Translations under genes and position numbers: made by a program
The notes under the pieces: generated by a model
Database searches by the model: none
Told to the model about the DNA's origin: nothing
The model's input: only the letters and a program-made list of their open reading frames with translations
In this document: positions 21,175 through 31,098 of the stretch, one piece after another
How the letters are laid out: each line of letters opens with the position of its first letter
Numbering within the stretch: the first letter of the stretch is position 1
NCBI GenBank assembly: GCA_963758915.1
Contig: CAVWXH010000016.1
Span: 128,001-192,000, forward strand
Direction: 5' to 3'
From: an uncultured Methanomicrobiales archaeon
GTDB lineage: Archaea; Halobacteriota; Methanomicrobia; Methanomicrobiales; Methanospirillaceae
Length of the DNA stretch: 64,000 nucleotides

Positions 21175-22014
21175 TTGTACAGGGTTTTAAAGGCTACACA
21201 ACTTGCTGAACGGGTCTTTCAGATGTGGGTATTTGCACCGCACGTGGCCCACCACGCAGAAGCCGGCCAGTTTTTAATTGTCAGGGTCCATGAGTCCGGG
21301 GAACGGATCCCCCTGACTATATCTGCTGTAGACGGTGACGCGGTAAGGATTATTTTTATGGCCGTTGGCAAGACTACAGAACTCCTTGCGTCACTGCGCC
21401 AGGGTGACATGATCCGGGATATTGCCGGCCCACTCGGTCGCCCGAGTGATGTATCGAAGTATGGTACCTGTGCTGTCATCGGGGGCGGTGTTGGTATCGC
21501 GAGTGCCCCGATCATCGCAAGGGCTGCTAAATCCGCTGGGAACCACGTCATAGGCATCATTGGCGCGAGAAATGCCGGGCTCCTTATCCTTGAGGACGAG
21601 ATGAGGGCGAGTTGTGATGAACTGTTCATTACAACCGACGATGGCAGCAAAGGGATCCACGGGTATGCAGCAGACGTCCTGAAGGCAGAGCTTGGAAAAC
21701 GTACCATCGATTGTGTATGGATCATAGGTCCGGCAATAATGATGAAGGTGACATCCGGGGTTACCAGGCCTTACCACGTGAAGACGTTCGTGTCATTGAA
21801 CCCGATAATGGTGGACGGTACGGGTATGTGTGGATCATGCCGGGTGCAGGTGGGGGGAGCGACCCGGTTTGCCTGCGTGGACGGGCCTGAATTTGATGCC
21901 CATCTTGTTGATTTTGACCTCCTGATGCAACGGCAGCGGACATACCAGCCTGAAGAACGCGAGGCTCTTGAACAGTACCATGAGCACTCATGCCATTGTC
22001 ATGGGGGTGAATAG
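21175..22014 (+). CDS. nfnA: NfnA/SudB-type FAD/NAD-binding [2Fe-2S] subunit
   Basis: ERIPLTI, GPLG, GGGVG, TDDGSKG, MVDGTGMCGSCRV..CVDGPEF; probable TTG start. Confidence 0.85.
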   Translation: MYRVLKATQLAERVFQMWVFAPHVAHHAEAGQFLIVRVHESGERIPLTISAVDGDAVRIIFMAVGKTTELLASLRQGDMIRDIAGPLGRPSDVSKYGTCAVIGGGVGIASAPIIARAAKSAGNHVIGIIGARNAGLLILEDEMRASCDELFITTDDGSKGIHGYAADVLKAELGKRTIDCVWIIGPAIMMKVTSGVTRPYHVKTFVSLNPIMVDGTGMCGSCRVQVGGATRFACVDGPEFDAHLVDFDLLMQRQRTYQPEEREALEQYHEHSCHCHGGE

Positions 22015-22016
22015 TC

Positions 22017-23360
22017 ATGGAAGACCGTCCCGCCGGGCAGAGAGTACACGATTTCTTTGAGGTATCACCCGGTCTCTCCCCGGATGAGGCCATGCTTGAG
22101 GCAGAGAGGTGCCTGCAGTGCAAGAAGCCGAAATGCGTGAGCGGCTGCCCGGTCTGTATTGACATTCCTTCGTTTATTGCCGAGATTGCGCTGGGAAATT
22201 TCCGCAATGCCGCAGTTATTATCAAGGCCGATAATATGCTCCCGGCTGTATGCGGCCGCGTCTGCCCCCAGGAGACACAATGCGAAGGGGAATGTATCCT
22301 GTCAGGCAAGGAACGGCCAATCTTAATCGGTTCACTTGAACGGTTTATTGCGGACTGGGAGCGTGCGCATGGCACGAGCGTACCGGAGAAGCAGGCCTCT
22401 ACCGGGCACCATGTGGCTGTAGTCGGTTCGGGTCCGGCCGGCCTGACCGCGGCAGCAGAACTGTCCAGGCTCGGGCACAAGGTCACCCTGTTCGAGTCCC
22501 TGCATGAAGCCGGGGGCGTGCTGATGTACGGGATCCCTGAATTCCGGTTACCGAAGGAGATTGTAAGGGCGGAAGTGGAACAGGTGCTTGCAATGGGTGT
22601 AGAAATCAGGCTCAACCATCTTGCAGGAAGAAGTATCACGGTCCAGGAACTGCAGAAGTTCGATGCGGTCTTTCTTGCTACCGGTGCAGGACTCCCCACC
22701 TTTATGGGTATACCCGGGGAGCAACTGAACGGGGTCTATTCAGCCAATGAATTTCTGACACGGGTGAATTTTATGCATGCTGACCAGTTCCCTGTTTTTG
22801 ATACCCCGGTTAAAAAGGGTAGTCGTGTCGTTGTTGCAGGTGGGGGGAACGTGGCCATGGACGCAGCACGGGTGGCAAGACGCCTCGGTTCCAGGGTAAC
22901 ACTGGTCTACCGCCGTCGCGAGGAGGACCTCCCGGCAAGAATTGATGAAGTAATCCATGCAAAGGAAGAAGGTGTTGAGATCCTTGCCTGTGCCAATCCA
23001 ATCCGTGTTATCGGGGAATCGTGTGTAACCGGGGTTGAATGCATACAGATGGAGATGTGCATGCCGGATGAAACGGGAAGGCCGGCTGCCCGCCCGGTAG
23101 AGGGGTCGTCCTTTATTATCGATGCGGATATGTTTATTGAAGCAATCGGCCAGGGTCCAAACCCCCTTTTAATATCTGAAATTAAAGGGCTGGTACGGGA
23201 GAAGAAGGGAAACGTCAAGGTCGACGGAGAAGGAAAGACCTCTGTCCAGCGTATTTTTGCAGCCGGTGATGTGGCAACAGGTGCCGCAACCGTAATATGG
23301 GCAATGGGTTCTGCAAAAACAGCTGCCAGGGCAATAGACCGGATCTTACGCGAAGAGTAA
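22017..23360 (+). CDS. nfnB: NfnB/SudA-type (GltD-like) NADPH oxidoreductase
   Basis: RCLQC..CVSGCP, CGRVCPQETQCE, VGSGPAGL, YGIPEFRLPK, GGGNVAMDAAR, VYRR, AAGD. Confidence 0.85.
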   Translation: MEDRPAGQRVHDFFEVSPGLSPDEAMLEAERCLQCKKPKCVSGCPVCIDIPSFIAEIALGNFRNAAVIIKADNMLPAVCGRVCPQETQCEGECILSGKERPILIGSLERFIADWERAHGTSVPEKQASTGHHVAVVGSGPAGLTAAAELSRLGHKVTLFESLHEAGGVLMYGIPEFRLPKEIVRAEVEQVLAMGVEIRLNHLAGRSITVQELQKFDAVFLATGAGLPTFMGIPGEQLNGVYSANEFLTRVNFMHADQFPVFDTPVKKGSRVVVAGGGNVAMDAARVARRLGSRVTLVYRRREEDLPARIDEVIHAKEEGVEILACANPIRVIGESCVTGVECIQMEMCMPDETGRPAARPVEGSSFIIDADMFIEAIGQGPNPLLISEIKGLVREKKGNVKVDGEGKTSVQRIFAAGDVATGAATVIWAMGSAKTAARAIDRILREE

Positions 23361-23419
23361 AATAACTACAATATTCATGCCTTTTTTTAACTCTGTTGTC
23401 ATCCATTGTCATGTCAAAA

Positions 23420-23660
23420 AAAAACCGGAATTATTTGGACAGGAGGGGGTTTCACCCGGGTTTTACCCCCTCACCCAATAAGATATTCCCCGGGGCAGGG
23501 TTAAACAGAAGAATTTATGAAAATTTCAGAGATTCAATGACCCTTTTTTTTATCCCAACCCGGGTCGACAAAGCGGCGGGCCATGAGCCCCGGGAGCGTT
23601 GTTAAATTTAGGAATACTTCAAAACGGTAATATAATTTTATAGCATTTCCCATGTAAATG
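23420..23660 (+). repeat. Intergenic module A, full copy
   Basis: Closest relative of 2887-3143; ends at junction AGCATTTCCCATGTAAATG. Confidence 0.9.
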
Positions 23661-23815
23661 ACAAAACGGACCCCAATATATGGGAATTCTGGACGAGGCA
23701 TTTAATGTGAAAATCCCCACTGGTATTTTCATTTTGTATGCATGTGGCCTTTTTGCATCATGCCTGTTTTCATAGCCCTGGTGTGGACGTCCCGTTCATG
23801 GGTGTTTCAACAATG
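23642..23815 (+). repeat. Module B interrupted by module C (23707-23773)
   Basis: Left part matches 52373-52435, right part matches 52436-52478, insert matches 2811-2877. Confidence 0.85.
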
Positions 23816-24006
23816 CGGGAAATCAGTAAAATCCGGTTAAAGGACTGATATAGAGCTGGAATGACTTAATTCACGCGAAGATAGGGAAAATTTGAACAAA
23901 GCCTTAATTTTCATGTTTCGCGGGATAAGGTCTGCTATTGACCGTCGTTTCGTTGTATATCTGATAAAAACATTCTGATGATCTGATTGCCATTAATAGC
24001 CGGTAT

Positions 24007-25185
24007 TCAGTCACAACCGGCTGCAAAACCCCTGATAATCCCTTCAAAGACCGAAGTAACCTTCGTAAGTGATTCGATGGAAACCCTTTCGTTTACCGCA
24101 TGAAGTGAAGTAATTTCCCCTGGTCCGTACTCGACAACCCGGAACCCCTCAGTCCTAAGGTACCTCGCATCGCTTGCAGCCCACTGGACAATTGGCTGGG
24201 CAGGTAATCCATAAACCCGGGAGATTTCTCTGCAGGTGACTTCAACAAGCCTGCAATCCGGGGATGTCATCGACGGGTTACTGATGCTTACCTCTTCGAC
24301 GGTCGCACCTGGTGAATGCCTGGCAATATCTGCGATAAGGTCAGGGATTGAACAACCCCACGGTACCCGGATATCAAGCTGAAGGTCGCAATGCTGGGCG
24401 ACGATGTTGGCTTTTTCCCCACCCTCAATCCTTCCGGGGTTGAACATGACACGCCGCAGAACGTGTTTTGCCTCGTCAACGGCGAGGATATCCCGGAGCA
24501 CTGCGGAAGACTGCTCGATGATTGCGTCAACAGCCCCTTCCACATGGTACTCATGCCGGTGCACAGTACGTAAATAATCGAGGGTATTATACGCCTCCAT
24601 AACCGCACTCACACCACGGGTAGGATATAATGAACCATGGCCTGGTTCTCCCCGGAAATGCAAATTAATCCTGCAAAGGCCTTTCTCCCCGATATTCGGG
24701 TTCAGTTCAGGGCATGGTTCTGCTATGAGGACATCGCACGGACGGAGGAGATCCTTGGAAAGAACGCACCTGATACCATAGGTACCGCTCGTCTCCTCAT
24801 CGCATACGAAAAGGAAGTCTGCATCAGGTTCCTTTCCCGAGTCGAGGAGCCGCTTGTACGATGACAGGAGTGCAGCACACCCTCCCTTCATATCGGTGGA
24901 ACCCCTCCCGTAAAGGTACCCCTCCTCGATCTCGCCTGAGAAAGGCGGGTGCCGCCAGCCCTCTGCCATTGCCGGCACTACATCGACATGACCACAGAGG
25001 AGCAGGTGATGGTTACGGTGTGCACTGATAAGGTTGTCCCGCCCTCCCCGGTTCCTGATCACATCGGTCCGGACACCGAGACTGTCCAGAAATCCCTTGA
25101 TATAATGAATGACTTCCTCGGTATTTCCAGGTGGGTTTTCGCTTTTTATCTTTACGAGTTCCCTGGTGAGGTGCACAACGTCCAT
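24007..25185 (-). CDS. M20 metallopeptidase (DapE/ArgE family)
   Basis: SENPPG, CGHVDVVP, YGRGSTDMKGG, DEE, SDAR, HAVNERV. Confidence 0.92.
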   Translation of the reverse strand: MDVVHLTRELVKIKSENPPGNTEEVIHYIKGFLDSLGVRTDVIRNRGGRDNLISAHRNHHLLLCGHVDVVPAMAEGWRHPPFSGEIEEGYLYGRGSTDMKGGCAALLSSYKRLLDSGKEPDADFLFVCDEETSGTYGIRCVLSKDLLRPCDVLIAEPCPELNPNIGEKGLCRINLHFRGEPGHGSLYPTRGVSAVMEAYNTLDYLRTVHRHEYHVEGAVDAIIEQSSAVLRDILAVDEAKHVLRRVMFNPGRIEGGEKANIVAQHCDLQLDIRVPWGCSIPDLIADIARHSPGATVEEVSISNPSMTSPDCRLVEVTCREISRVYGLPAQPIVQWAASDARYLRTEGFRVVEYGPGEITSLHAVNERVSIESLTKVTSVFEGIIRGFAAGCD

Positions 25186-25186
25186 G

Positions 25187-25705
25187 TCATTTCCCGGTGG
25201 TGATTACGTCCCGTTTAAATTCTTCAAAGAGCATGCTGAGTGATGCATCGCTGTAGAGGCTCTTTAAAAAATCATTATTGAAAAATTCATCGACTGCCTT
25301 TGCAAAGAAAGCAGCAGGCAGTGGACTGGTCTGTTCAGGGTCAATTACGATACGAAAACTCCTGTAATCCGCCCTGGTATCACGGTCGTAGATAACCTGC
25401 CAGAGAAAGGGGAGTCGTTCAAACCTGTCCGGGTGGGTCTCTTTTAACCAGTTGATGAACGTCCTGAAATGAGCCCGGTCTCCTTTCTTCTCCTCGTCTA
25501 TCCTCCACCTGAGGTATTCCCCTGACATGACATTCCGGGGTGATGTATAGGTATAGGTCAGGAGGCCGAGGGTGTAGTCTATATGGGCCAGGGCATCGAT
25601 AAAAAAAAATCTCAGGACCGGGTGGAACATCGTGGTATCATGAAGGACCAGGTTCTTCGTATAGAGGTATTCCATGATGTTTGCATATTCTTTTACATCA
25701 CTCAT
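25187..25705 (-). CDS. Hypothetical protein
   Basis: 172-aa ORF ending 1 nt before the M20 start; no motif recognised. Confidence 0.75.
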   Translation of the reverse strand: MSDVKEYANIMEYLYTKNLVLHDTTMFHPVLRFFFIDALAHIDYTLGLLTYTYTSPRNVMSGEYLRWRIDEEKKGDRAHFRTFINWLKETHPDRFERLPFLWQVIYDRDTRADYRSFRIVIDPEQTSPLPAAFFAKAVDEFFNNDFLKSLYSDASLSMLFEEFKRDVITTGK

Positions 25706-25813
25706 GAGCTTGCTATTAGCCTTTGAAATTGTATAAAAATACCGGATTTTCCCGGGTCAACCGCAGAAACAACAGGTCACTGTGAACGAGGATATCTGAG
25801 TCAGGGTTCTTCG

Positions 25814-26692
25814 TCACTGGTAAAAGGGAGCCCGTCGTTTAACCGCTTCAATAAATGCATTTTCAAGATCGATCCCTGTTTTGCCCCTGATATTGACATG
25901 GTTATCTGCCCTCAGGAGGCATGGCTTAAGGTTCCCGTCCGAGGTGACACGTAACCTGTTGCAGAATGCGCAGAATTCAGTGTTATGGAGCGGCCTGACC
26001 ACTTCAACTTCGGCCCCGTCGAGGCAGTATTTTTTCCGGTGGTGCATCCTCCGTGTTAGGATTACTTTTGACCTCCCGGCAAGTTCCTCTTCAAGGGCTG
26101 ACAGGTCAGAATGACATTCACACCCCCCGAGGCTCATAAGTTCTATTACCTGGAGAATAAGGTTACGGTTGTTCCTGATATAACCGTAAAAATCCTCAAG
26201 CTCATGATCATTGATACCCCGGAGCATTACCATATTCAGTTTGATCGGGGTGAGACCTGCCTCGAGGGCGGCCTCAATACCTGAAATTACATCAGAAAGC
26301 CGGTCGCTGCCGGTGATTTTTTTATAGGTCTCCGGGTTGAGACTGTCTAGTGAAATATTTACCCGTGACATGCCGGCCTGTTTTAATTCAGCGGCATAAT
26401 CAGCCAGGAGAATACCGTTGGTGGTAATCGAACTCTCCATCGAATCCGGGACCAGTCTGACAATATCGGTGAGGTCTTCCCTCAATAATGGCTCCCCACC
26501 CGTGAATTTTACACTTCTGATGTCGAATTTTGCCGCGGTTGAAAGGACATTGCCAATCTCCCTGGTACTGAGCGGATCCGTTGGTGCCTTCTCTCCCTCG
26601 CGGTGGCAATAGATGCAGGAAAGGTTGCATTCCGGGGTCACACTCACGCGAAGGTTGCTTACCGGCCTGTTATACGGGTCCTTTAGTCTCAT
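25814..26692 (-). CDS. moaA: GTP 3',8-cyclase
   Basis: LRVSVTPECNLSCIYCH, FTGGEPLLR, FCAFCNRLRVTSDG.LKPCL. Confidence 0.96.
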   Translation of the reverse strand: MRLKDPYNRPVSNLRVSVTPECNLSCIYCHREGEKAPTDPLSTREIGNVLSTAAKFDIRSVKFTGGEPLLREDLTDIVRLVPDSMESSITTNGILLADYAAELKQAGMSRVNISLDSLNPETYKKITGSDRLSDVISGIEAALEAGLTPIKLNMVMLRGINDHELEDFYGYIRNNRNLILQVIELMSLGGCECHSDLSALEEELAGRSKVILTRRMHHRKKYCLDGAEVEVVRPLHNTEFCAFCNRLRVTSDGNLKPCLLRADNHVNIRGKTGIDLENAFIEAVKRRAPFYQ

Positions 26693-27308
26693 TGGTGCAG
26701 TTATTCAGGGTTTCGTTGTTCCATTCGCGTCCTATAAAGTTTTTTGCAACGATATAGATCTCGGTACTGCCCTTTCGTGTTGAATGAGGACGGAACGTCC
26801 TGGCGGAGAGGAAATGATCCCTGACCAGGTTAATAAGGGTATTAAAGTCCTGTCCCTGGAATGACTTGACAACAAAATTACCGCCAGGTTTTAAGATTTT
26901 CTCCGCGAATGACAGGGCATTCTCTCCGAGTTCTATTGCCCTTGCCTGGTCGTAGGTCTTCTGGCCTGATAGCTTTGGTGACGCGTCGGATAACACAACG
27001 CTGGTACATGGCATGAGTGGCCGGACTGCTTCAAGCGTATGGGCGTGTGTAAAATCCCCCATAATAGTGATGACATTGTCTATCGGAGGGATATACGAGA
27101 GATCAATGCCCACAACAACCCCTGCTGTGAGTTCCCGCTCTACCTGGAGCCAGCTTCCTGGTGATGCCCCAAGGTCCACGATATTATCTGTTTCGCGGAT
27201 AATGTGATACCGCTCCTGTATTTCCCGCAGCTTGTATGCTGCACGTGAGCGGTAACCCTCCTTCACTGCCCGCACATACACCTTGTCCCTGCTCCATTGT
27301 GAACCCAT
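26670..27308 (-). CDS. rlmE: 23S rRNA 2'-O-methyltransferase RlmE/FtsJ
   Basis: GYRSRAAYKL, DLGASPGSW, VLSDASP, FVVKSFQG, STEIY. Confidence 0.95.
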   Translation of the reverse strand: MGSQWSRDKVYVRAVKEGYRSRAAYKLREIQERYHIIRETDNIVDLGASPGSWLQVERELTAGVVVGIDLSYIPPIDNVITIMGDFTHAHTLEAVRPLMPCTSVVLSDASPKLSGQKTYDQARAIELGENALSFAEKILKPGGNFVVKSFQGQDFNTLINLVRDHFLSARTFRPHSTRKGSTEIYIVAKNFIGREWNNETLNNCTNETKGPV

Positions 27309-27405
27309 AGTGTCCGTCCATGTCTGCCCTCTTTAAGGGCTTAAAACTAAATCAGATATTATTAAAAATATGAGCGATAGTTTATATTAGAGATATTCGG
27401 GGTGC

Positions 27406-28152
27406 GTGATGTTAAAAGCAACGATTGATGCAGATATCCTTAAAGAATCTATAGATGCCATCTCGGCACTGGTTACCGAGTGCAGGCTCCATACTGACGA
27501 GAATGGGATCAGCACACGCGCGGTTGATACAGCAAACGTCGCAATGATCTCCCTGCTTCTGAAAAAGGAGGCATTTTCATCTTTTGCAGCGACCAGGAGT
27601 GAACTTGGGATAGATATTGCAAAGATGAAAAATATTTTCGGGATGATGGCAAAGAACGATCTGATTACCCTTGAGCTTACCGATGATATCCATAAGCTTC
27701 AGGTCAGTTTCCAGGGGTACAAATATTCAATTACCCTGCTTGATGAGAATACGATACGGAAGGACCCGAACCCTCCTACGATCGAACTGCCCGGAAAGGT
27801 GGCAATACCCGGATCAGAACTTAATTCAGCAATTAAGGCGGCAGCGGTTGTATCCGATAAGATAGCGCTTGGCATAGATGCTGCAAAGCAGATTTTCTTT
27901 ATGGCTGCCGAGGGTGATACCGATCATATCAGGCGTGAATTCGGAAAGGATGAAGTCAACTTTATCAACGGGGTTGATGCCAAATCCCTCTTCTCCCTGG
28001 ATTATTTAAAGGATATGGGTAAAGTGATGAGCCGCACTGATGAAGTGGAAATCCACATCGGGGTCGATCATCCTGTCAAGTTTTCTTTCAATGTCGCCGG
28101 TGGTAACGGCCATGTCGAGTACCTCCTCGCCCCGCGGATTGAGGCCGACTAA
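27406..28152 (+). CDS. pcn: DNA sliding clamp PCNA
   Basis: RAVDTANVAM, SLFSLDYL, C-terminal YLLAPRIE. Confidence 0.96.
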   Translation: MMLKATIDADILKESIDAISALVTECRLHTDENGISTRAVDTANVAMISLLLKKEAFSSFAATRSELGIDIAKMKNIFGMMAKNDLITLELTDDIHKLQVSFQGYKYSITLLDENTIRKDPNPPTIELPGKVAIPGSELNSAIKAAAVVSDKIALGIDAAKQIFFMAAEGDTDHIRREFGKDEVNFINGVDAKSLFSLDYLKDMGKVMSRTDEVEIHIGVDHPVKFSFNVAGGNGHVEYLLAPRIEAD

Positions 28153-29319
28153 ATGCGGGTCAGAATAGATGAAAAAGATTTTATTAACTATCCATTTTTA
28201 AAAGAGTCCCAAAATTTTGTGAGTGGTTACGCGGGTTCTCCTGAACGCTTCCTTTGTACATCAACAGGTAAAGCAGCCCTTGCCCAGGCGAAAGACAGAA
28301 TTTTATCTGCGATTGCCGGAAAATCCGGTCCGAAGACAGATGCCCGTCCGGCACTTCCGACCGATAGTGATGGTGTCAAGGTGATAGTCTCCGGGTATGC
28401 ACTAGCCCGGGTGATTATCTCCTGTATGAAAGACCGGATGATTATTGACCGCTTCACCCGTAGCGAGGCGCAAAAAGCTTACGAGTGCCTGATAGACGAG
28501 GAACCGGGCAAAAAGGTTTTCATTGCGACCAGTCTTGGAATTGACATAGGCGCTGATGAGGTGCCTCTTGTTCCCTATGTTGAACTATCTGCAGGGATGC
28601 GGGAAGAACGATGGAGACTGGTGAACCGGGATATTGAACACGGGATGGTGAAGGTGAAAAAAAATGAGACTGATGAAATACTCCGGGAATGTATCAGGGT
28701 TACCATCAGCCGGAACCTCCCGCTTCCCGTCCCGTCGGGAATTTGCGAGGTTCTTGCACCGGTCGTGAAAGAAATCAGCGCGGCAGAGCAGCAGCACCTG
28801 CTGGAGCAGTTTGGTTCTGTTGAGGAACAATGTTTCCCCCCGTGCATGCAGGCATTGATTCTTGCACTTTCCGCGGGAACAAATATCTCGCACCCCGGGC
28901 GTTTCGCACTTACTGCGTTTCTCCACAATATCGGCATGAATTCTTCTGACATTATTGGCCTCTATTGCCGGGCCCCGGACTTCGACCTCAGCCGTACGAT
29001 GTACCAGGTTGAGCATATATCCGGGCGTGGTGGCACAGAATATACTGCGCCATCATGCGCGGCCATGAGGACAACCGGTGTCTGTGTGAAAAAAGACCTG
29101 CTCTGTGAACGCGTAAGTCATCCGCTGAATTATTACAAGCAAAAGAAAAGAAAAGAAAAAAAGAATGCCCCTGTTCCATCAGGTAATATGCTTGTTGATA
29201 GTAACGCCGGCGGCGCTCATCGCGAGAAGGAAGCAGGCAATAGCGAAAATATACGCGATCCCCGCGGGCATCATCAGGGGGAGCATGATCAGGAGGACAA
29301 TAAAAAAAACCAGGCCTGA
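28153..29319 (+). CDS. priL: DNA primase large subunit
   Basis: YPFL, WRLVNR, FPPCM, HPGRFALTAFL, YQVEHI, YTAPSC..C..HPLNYY Fe-S domain. Confidence 0.93.
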   Translation: MRVRIDEKDFINYPFLKESQNFVSGYAGSPERFLCTSTGKAALAQAKDRILSAIAGKSGPKTDARPALPTDSDGVKVIVSGYALARVIISCMKDRMIIDRFTRSEAQKAYECLIDEEPGKKVFIATSLGIDIGADEVPLVPYVELSAGMREERWRLVNRDIEHGMVKVKKNETDEILRECIRVTISRNLPLPVPSGICEVLAPVVKEISAAEQQHLLEQFGSVEEQCFPPCMQALILALSAGTNISHPGRFALTAFLHNIGMNSSDIIGLYCRAPDFDLSRTMYQVEHISGRGGTEYTAPSCAAMRTTGVCVKKDLLCERVSHPLNYYKQKKRKEKKNAPVPSGNMLVDSNAGGAHREKEAGNSENIRDPRGHHQGEHDQEDNKKNQA

Positions 29320-29355
29320 TAAGCCCACGACTATGTCAAGAAGTCTTGGATCCAT
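29179..29355 (-). CDS. Small two-TM membrane protein (58 aa), antisense to the priL tail
   Basis: Manual translation MDPRLLDIVVGLSGLVFFIVLLIMLPLMMPAGIAYIFAIACFLLAMSAAGVTINKHIT*; below the ORF-track cutoff. Confidence 0.65.
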   Translation of the reverse strand: MDPRLLDIVVGLSGLVFFIVLLIMLPLMMPAGIAYIFAIACFLLAMSAAGVTINKHIT

Positions 29356-29462
29356 ATATGATATTCATCCGGGCGTCCTATATCTTTAACCATGGGCAAT
29401 CCTGATGTGGACCGGATGGGGCGGTATCCTTCATGGTCTTCTGTGTGCCTGGGGACCGAATT

Positions 29463-29990
29463 ATGATCAACGATGAAAAGGCTGACATTCTTCAGAAACT
29501 ATCCCATGCTGCCTCACTTCTTGCTGGTGTCATCCGCGAGGATCTCGTTCCCGCCGGTGGTGTGCAGCTGGCGTATGCGCGGAAAGGGGCAAGGGATGAT
29601 ACCGGTATTGCCTTCGTCCGTGGAGGACTGTGCCTTGAAAGCGTGGGTTTTGATACACCTCAAGTCGGATTTGGTGGCGGAGGAATGATTGCTACCGTCC
29701 TTCTTACTGCAATGAAATTTGACCCGCGTATCAGGAGCGCAGCGATTATTGCCTGCACACCTGCGGCGGTTAAAACGATGGACGGGAGATTTTTAGAAAT
29801 TTGTTCATTTGATCCCAGCCGGGAACCCCCCGGAATAAGGACAATGGACTGGGGTGTTGCCCAGTGCTGCCGTGATGGTGTACCGGATGCGATTTACAAC
29901 AGGCGCACCGGTGATACCGGGGCAATTATAAGGCTTTTTGGAGAAGACCCACAGGGAATTGCAAATAATATTCTTATGCTATCAGTGTGA
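29463..29990 (+). CDS. Thiamine-phosphate synthase (ThiN-like) domain protein
   Basis: MKFDPRIRSAAII, SFDPSREP, MDWGV, VPDAIY, IRLFGEDP. Confidence 0.75.
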   Translation: MINDEKADILQKLSHAASLLAGVIREDLVPAGGVQLAYARKGARDDTGIAFVRGGLCLESVGFDTPQVGFGGGGMIATVLLTAMKFDPRIRSAAIIACTPAAVKTMDGRFLEICSFDPSREPPGIRTMDWGVAQCCRDGVPDAIYNRRTGDTGAIIRLFGEDPQGIANNILMLSV

Positions 29991-30022
29991 ATAATATTAG
30001 CACAAACCTGAGGTATGTTAAC

Positions 30023-30214
30023 ATGGGAATCAAGCCGTCATATATCAAATCAACAGGAGCCGAGCTTATTACGAGATTCGGCGATAAAATGTCCAATAAT
30101 TTTGATGAGAACAAGCAGGTCGTCACTGATATGACTTCGATATCCAGTAAACGCGTAAGAAACCGGGTGGCCGGATACATTACACGGAAAATAAATACGG
30201 GAAGACACTCATAA
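30023..30214 (+). CDS. rps17e: 30S ribosomal protein S17e
   Basis: MGIKPSYIK...FDENK...SKRVRNRVAGYITR. Confidence 0.96.
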   Translation: MGIKPSYIKSTGAELITRFGDKMSNNFDENKQVVTDMTSISSKRVRNRVAGYITRKINTGRHS

Positions 30215-30222
30215 CCCCTATT

Positions 30223-31098
30223 ATGTTTGAGGGAGTTCTTCCTGCAATTATAACCCCTTTTAAAAGAAATTCTACGTTGGATCTTGACCTTGAGGGTCTG
30301 AGATCAAACATTGCATTTCTCCTGGAGCAGGGTGTACACGGTATCGTACCTTGTGGTTCGACAGGCGAATCAGCCACGCTCAGCTTTGAAGAGCATGAGC
30401 AGGTAATCGAGGTCACGATAGATGAAGTTGATGGCAGGGTTCCGGTCCTTGCAGGTACCGGGTCAAATAACACTGCTGAGGCAGTCAGGTTCACTGAAGC
30501 TGCCAAGGACCTCGGAGCAGATGGGGCACTCGTTATAAGCCCGTATTACAATAAGCCTAACCGGTCAGGGCTTGTAAAGCATTACACAAGGATTGCCGAT
30601 ATCGGAATCCCCATAGTAATGTACAATGTTCCCGGGCGCACAGGGCAGAACCTCCTGCCTGATCTCGTGATTGAACTTGCACGTCATCCGAATATCGTTG
30701 CGATCAAGGAGGCGAGCGGGGATATCGGTCAGGTATCCCGCATTATCGAAGGTACTCTTGATGAGGACTTCATGGTGATATCCGGTGATGACGGTCTCAC
30801 CCTGCCAATTCTCTGCCTGGGTGGGAGTGGTGTAATATCGGTCGCAGCGAATGTTGAGCCGGCCCTGATGGTTAAAATGTTCGACCATTTCTGTGAAGGG
30901 GAAATCGAAGAGGCGCTGGACCTCCATTACGCATTATCACCTCTTTTCCGTGGCCTGTTTATCGATACCAACCCGATACCCGTTAAGAAGGCGGTCGCAC
31001 TGTGTGGTATGGCAGGGGGCCCGGTACGGCCACCACTTGATGACCTGGATGCTGAAAAGACTAAAAAACTCCAGGAGGTCCTCGATATCTATGCCTAG
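30223..31098 (+). CDS. dapA: 4-hydroxy-tetrahydrodipicolinate synthase
   Basis: AIITPF, GSTGES, PYYNKP, YNVPGRT, IKEASG, NPIPVK. Confidence 0.97.
   Translation: MFEGVLPAIITPFKRNSTLDLDLEGLRSNIAFLLEQGVHGIVPCGSTGESATLSFEEHEQVIEVTIDEVDGRVPVLAGTGSNNTAEAVRFTEAAKDLGADGALVISPYYNKPNRSGLVKHYTRIADIGIPIVMYNVPGRTGQNLLPDLVIELARHPNIVAIKEASGDIGQVSRIIEGTLDEDFMVISGDDGLTLPILCLGGSGVISVAANVEPALMVKMFDHFCEGEIEEALDLHYALSPLFRGLFIDTNPIPVKKAVALCGMAGGPVRPPLDDLDAEKTKKLQEVLDIYA

Noticed and set aside
22017-23360. Annotation as true glutamate synthase
   Set aside because: No GltB domains nearby; pairing with the SudB/NfnA-type gene fits NfnAB better.
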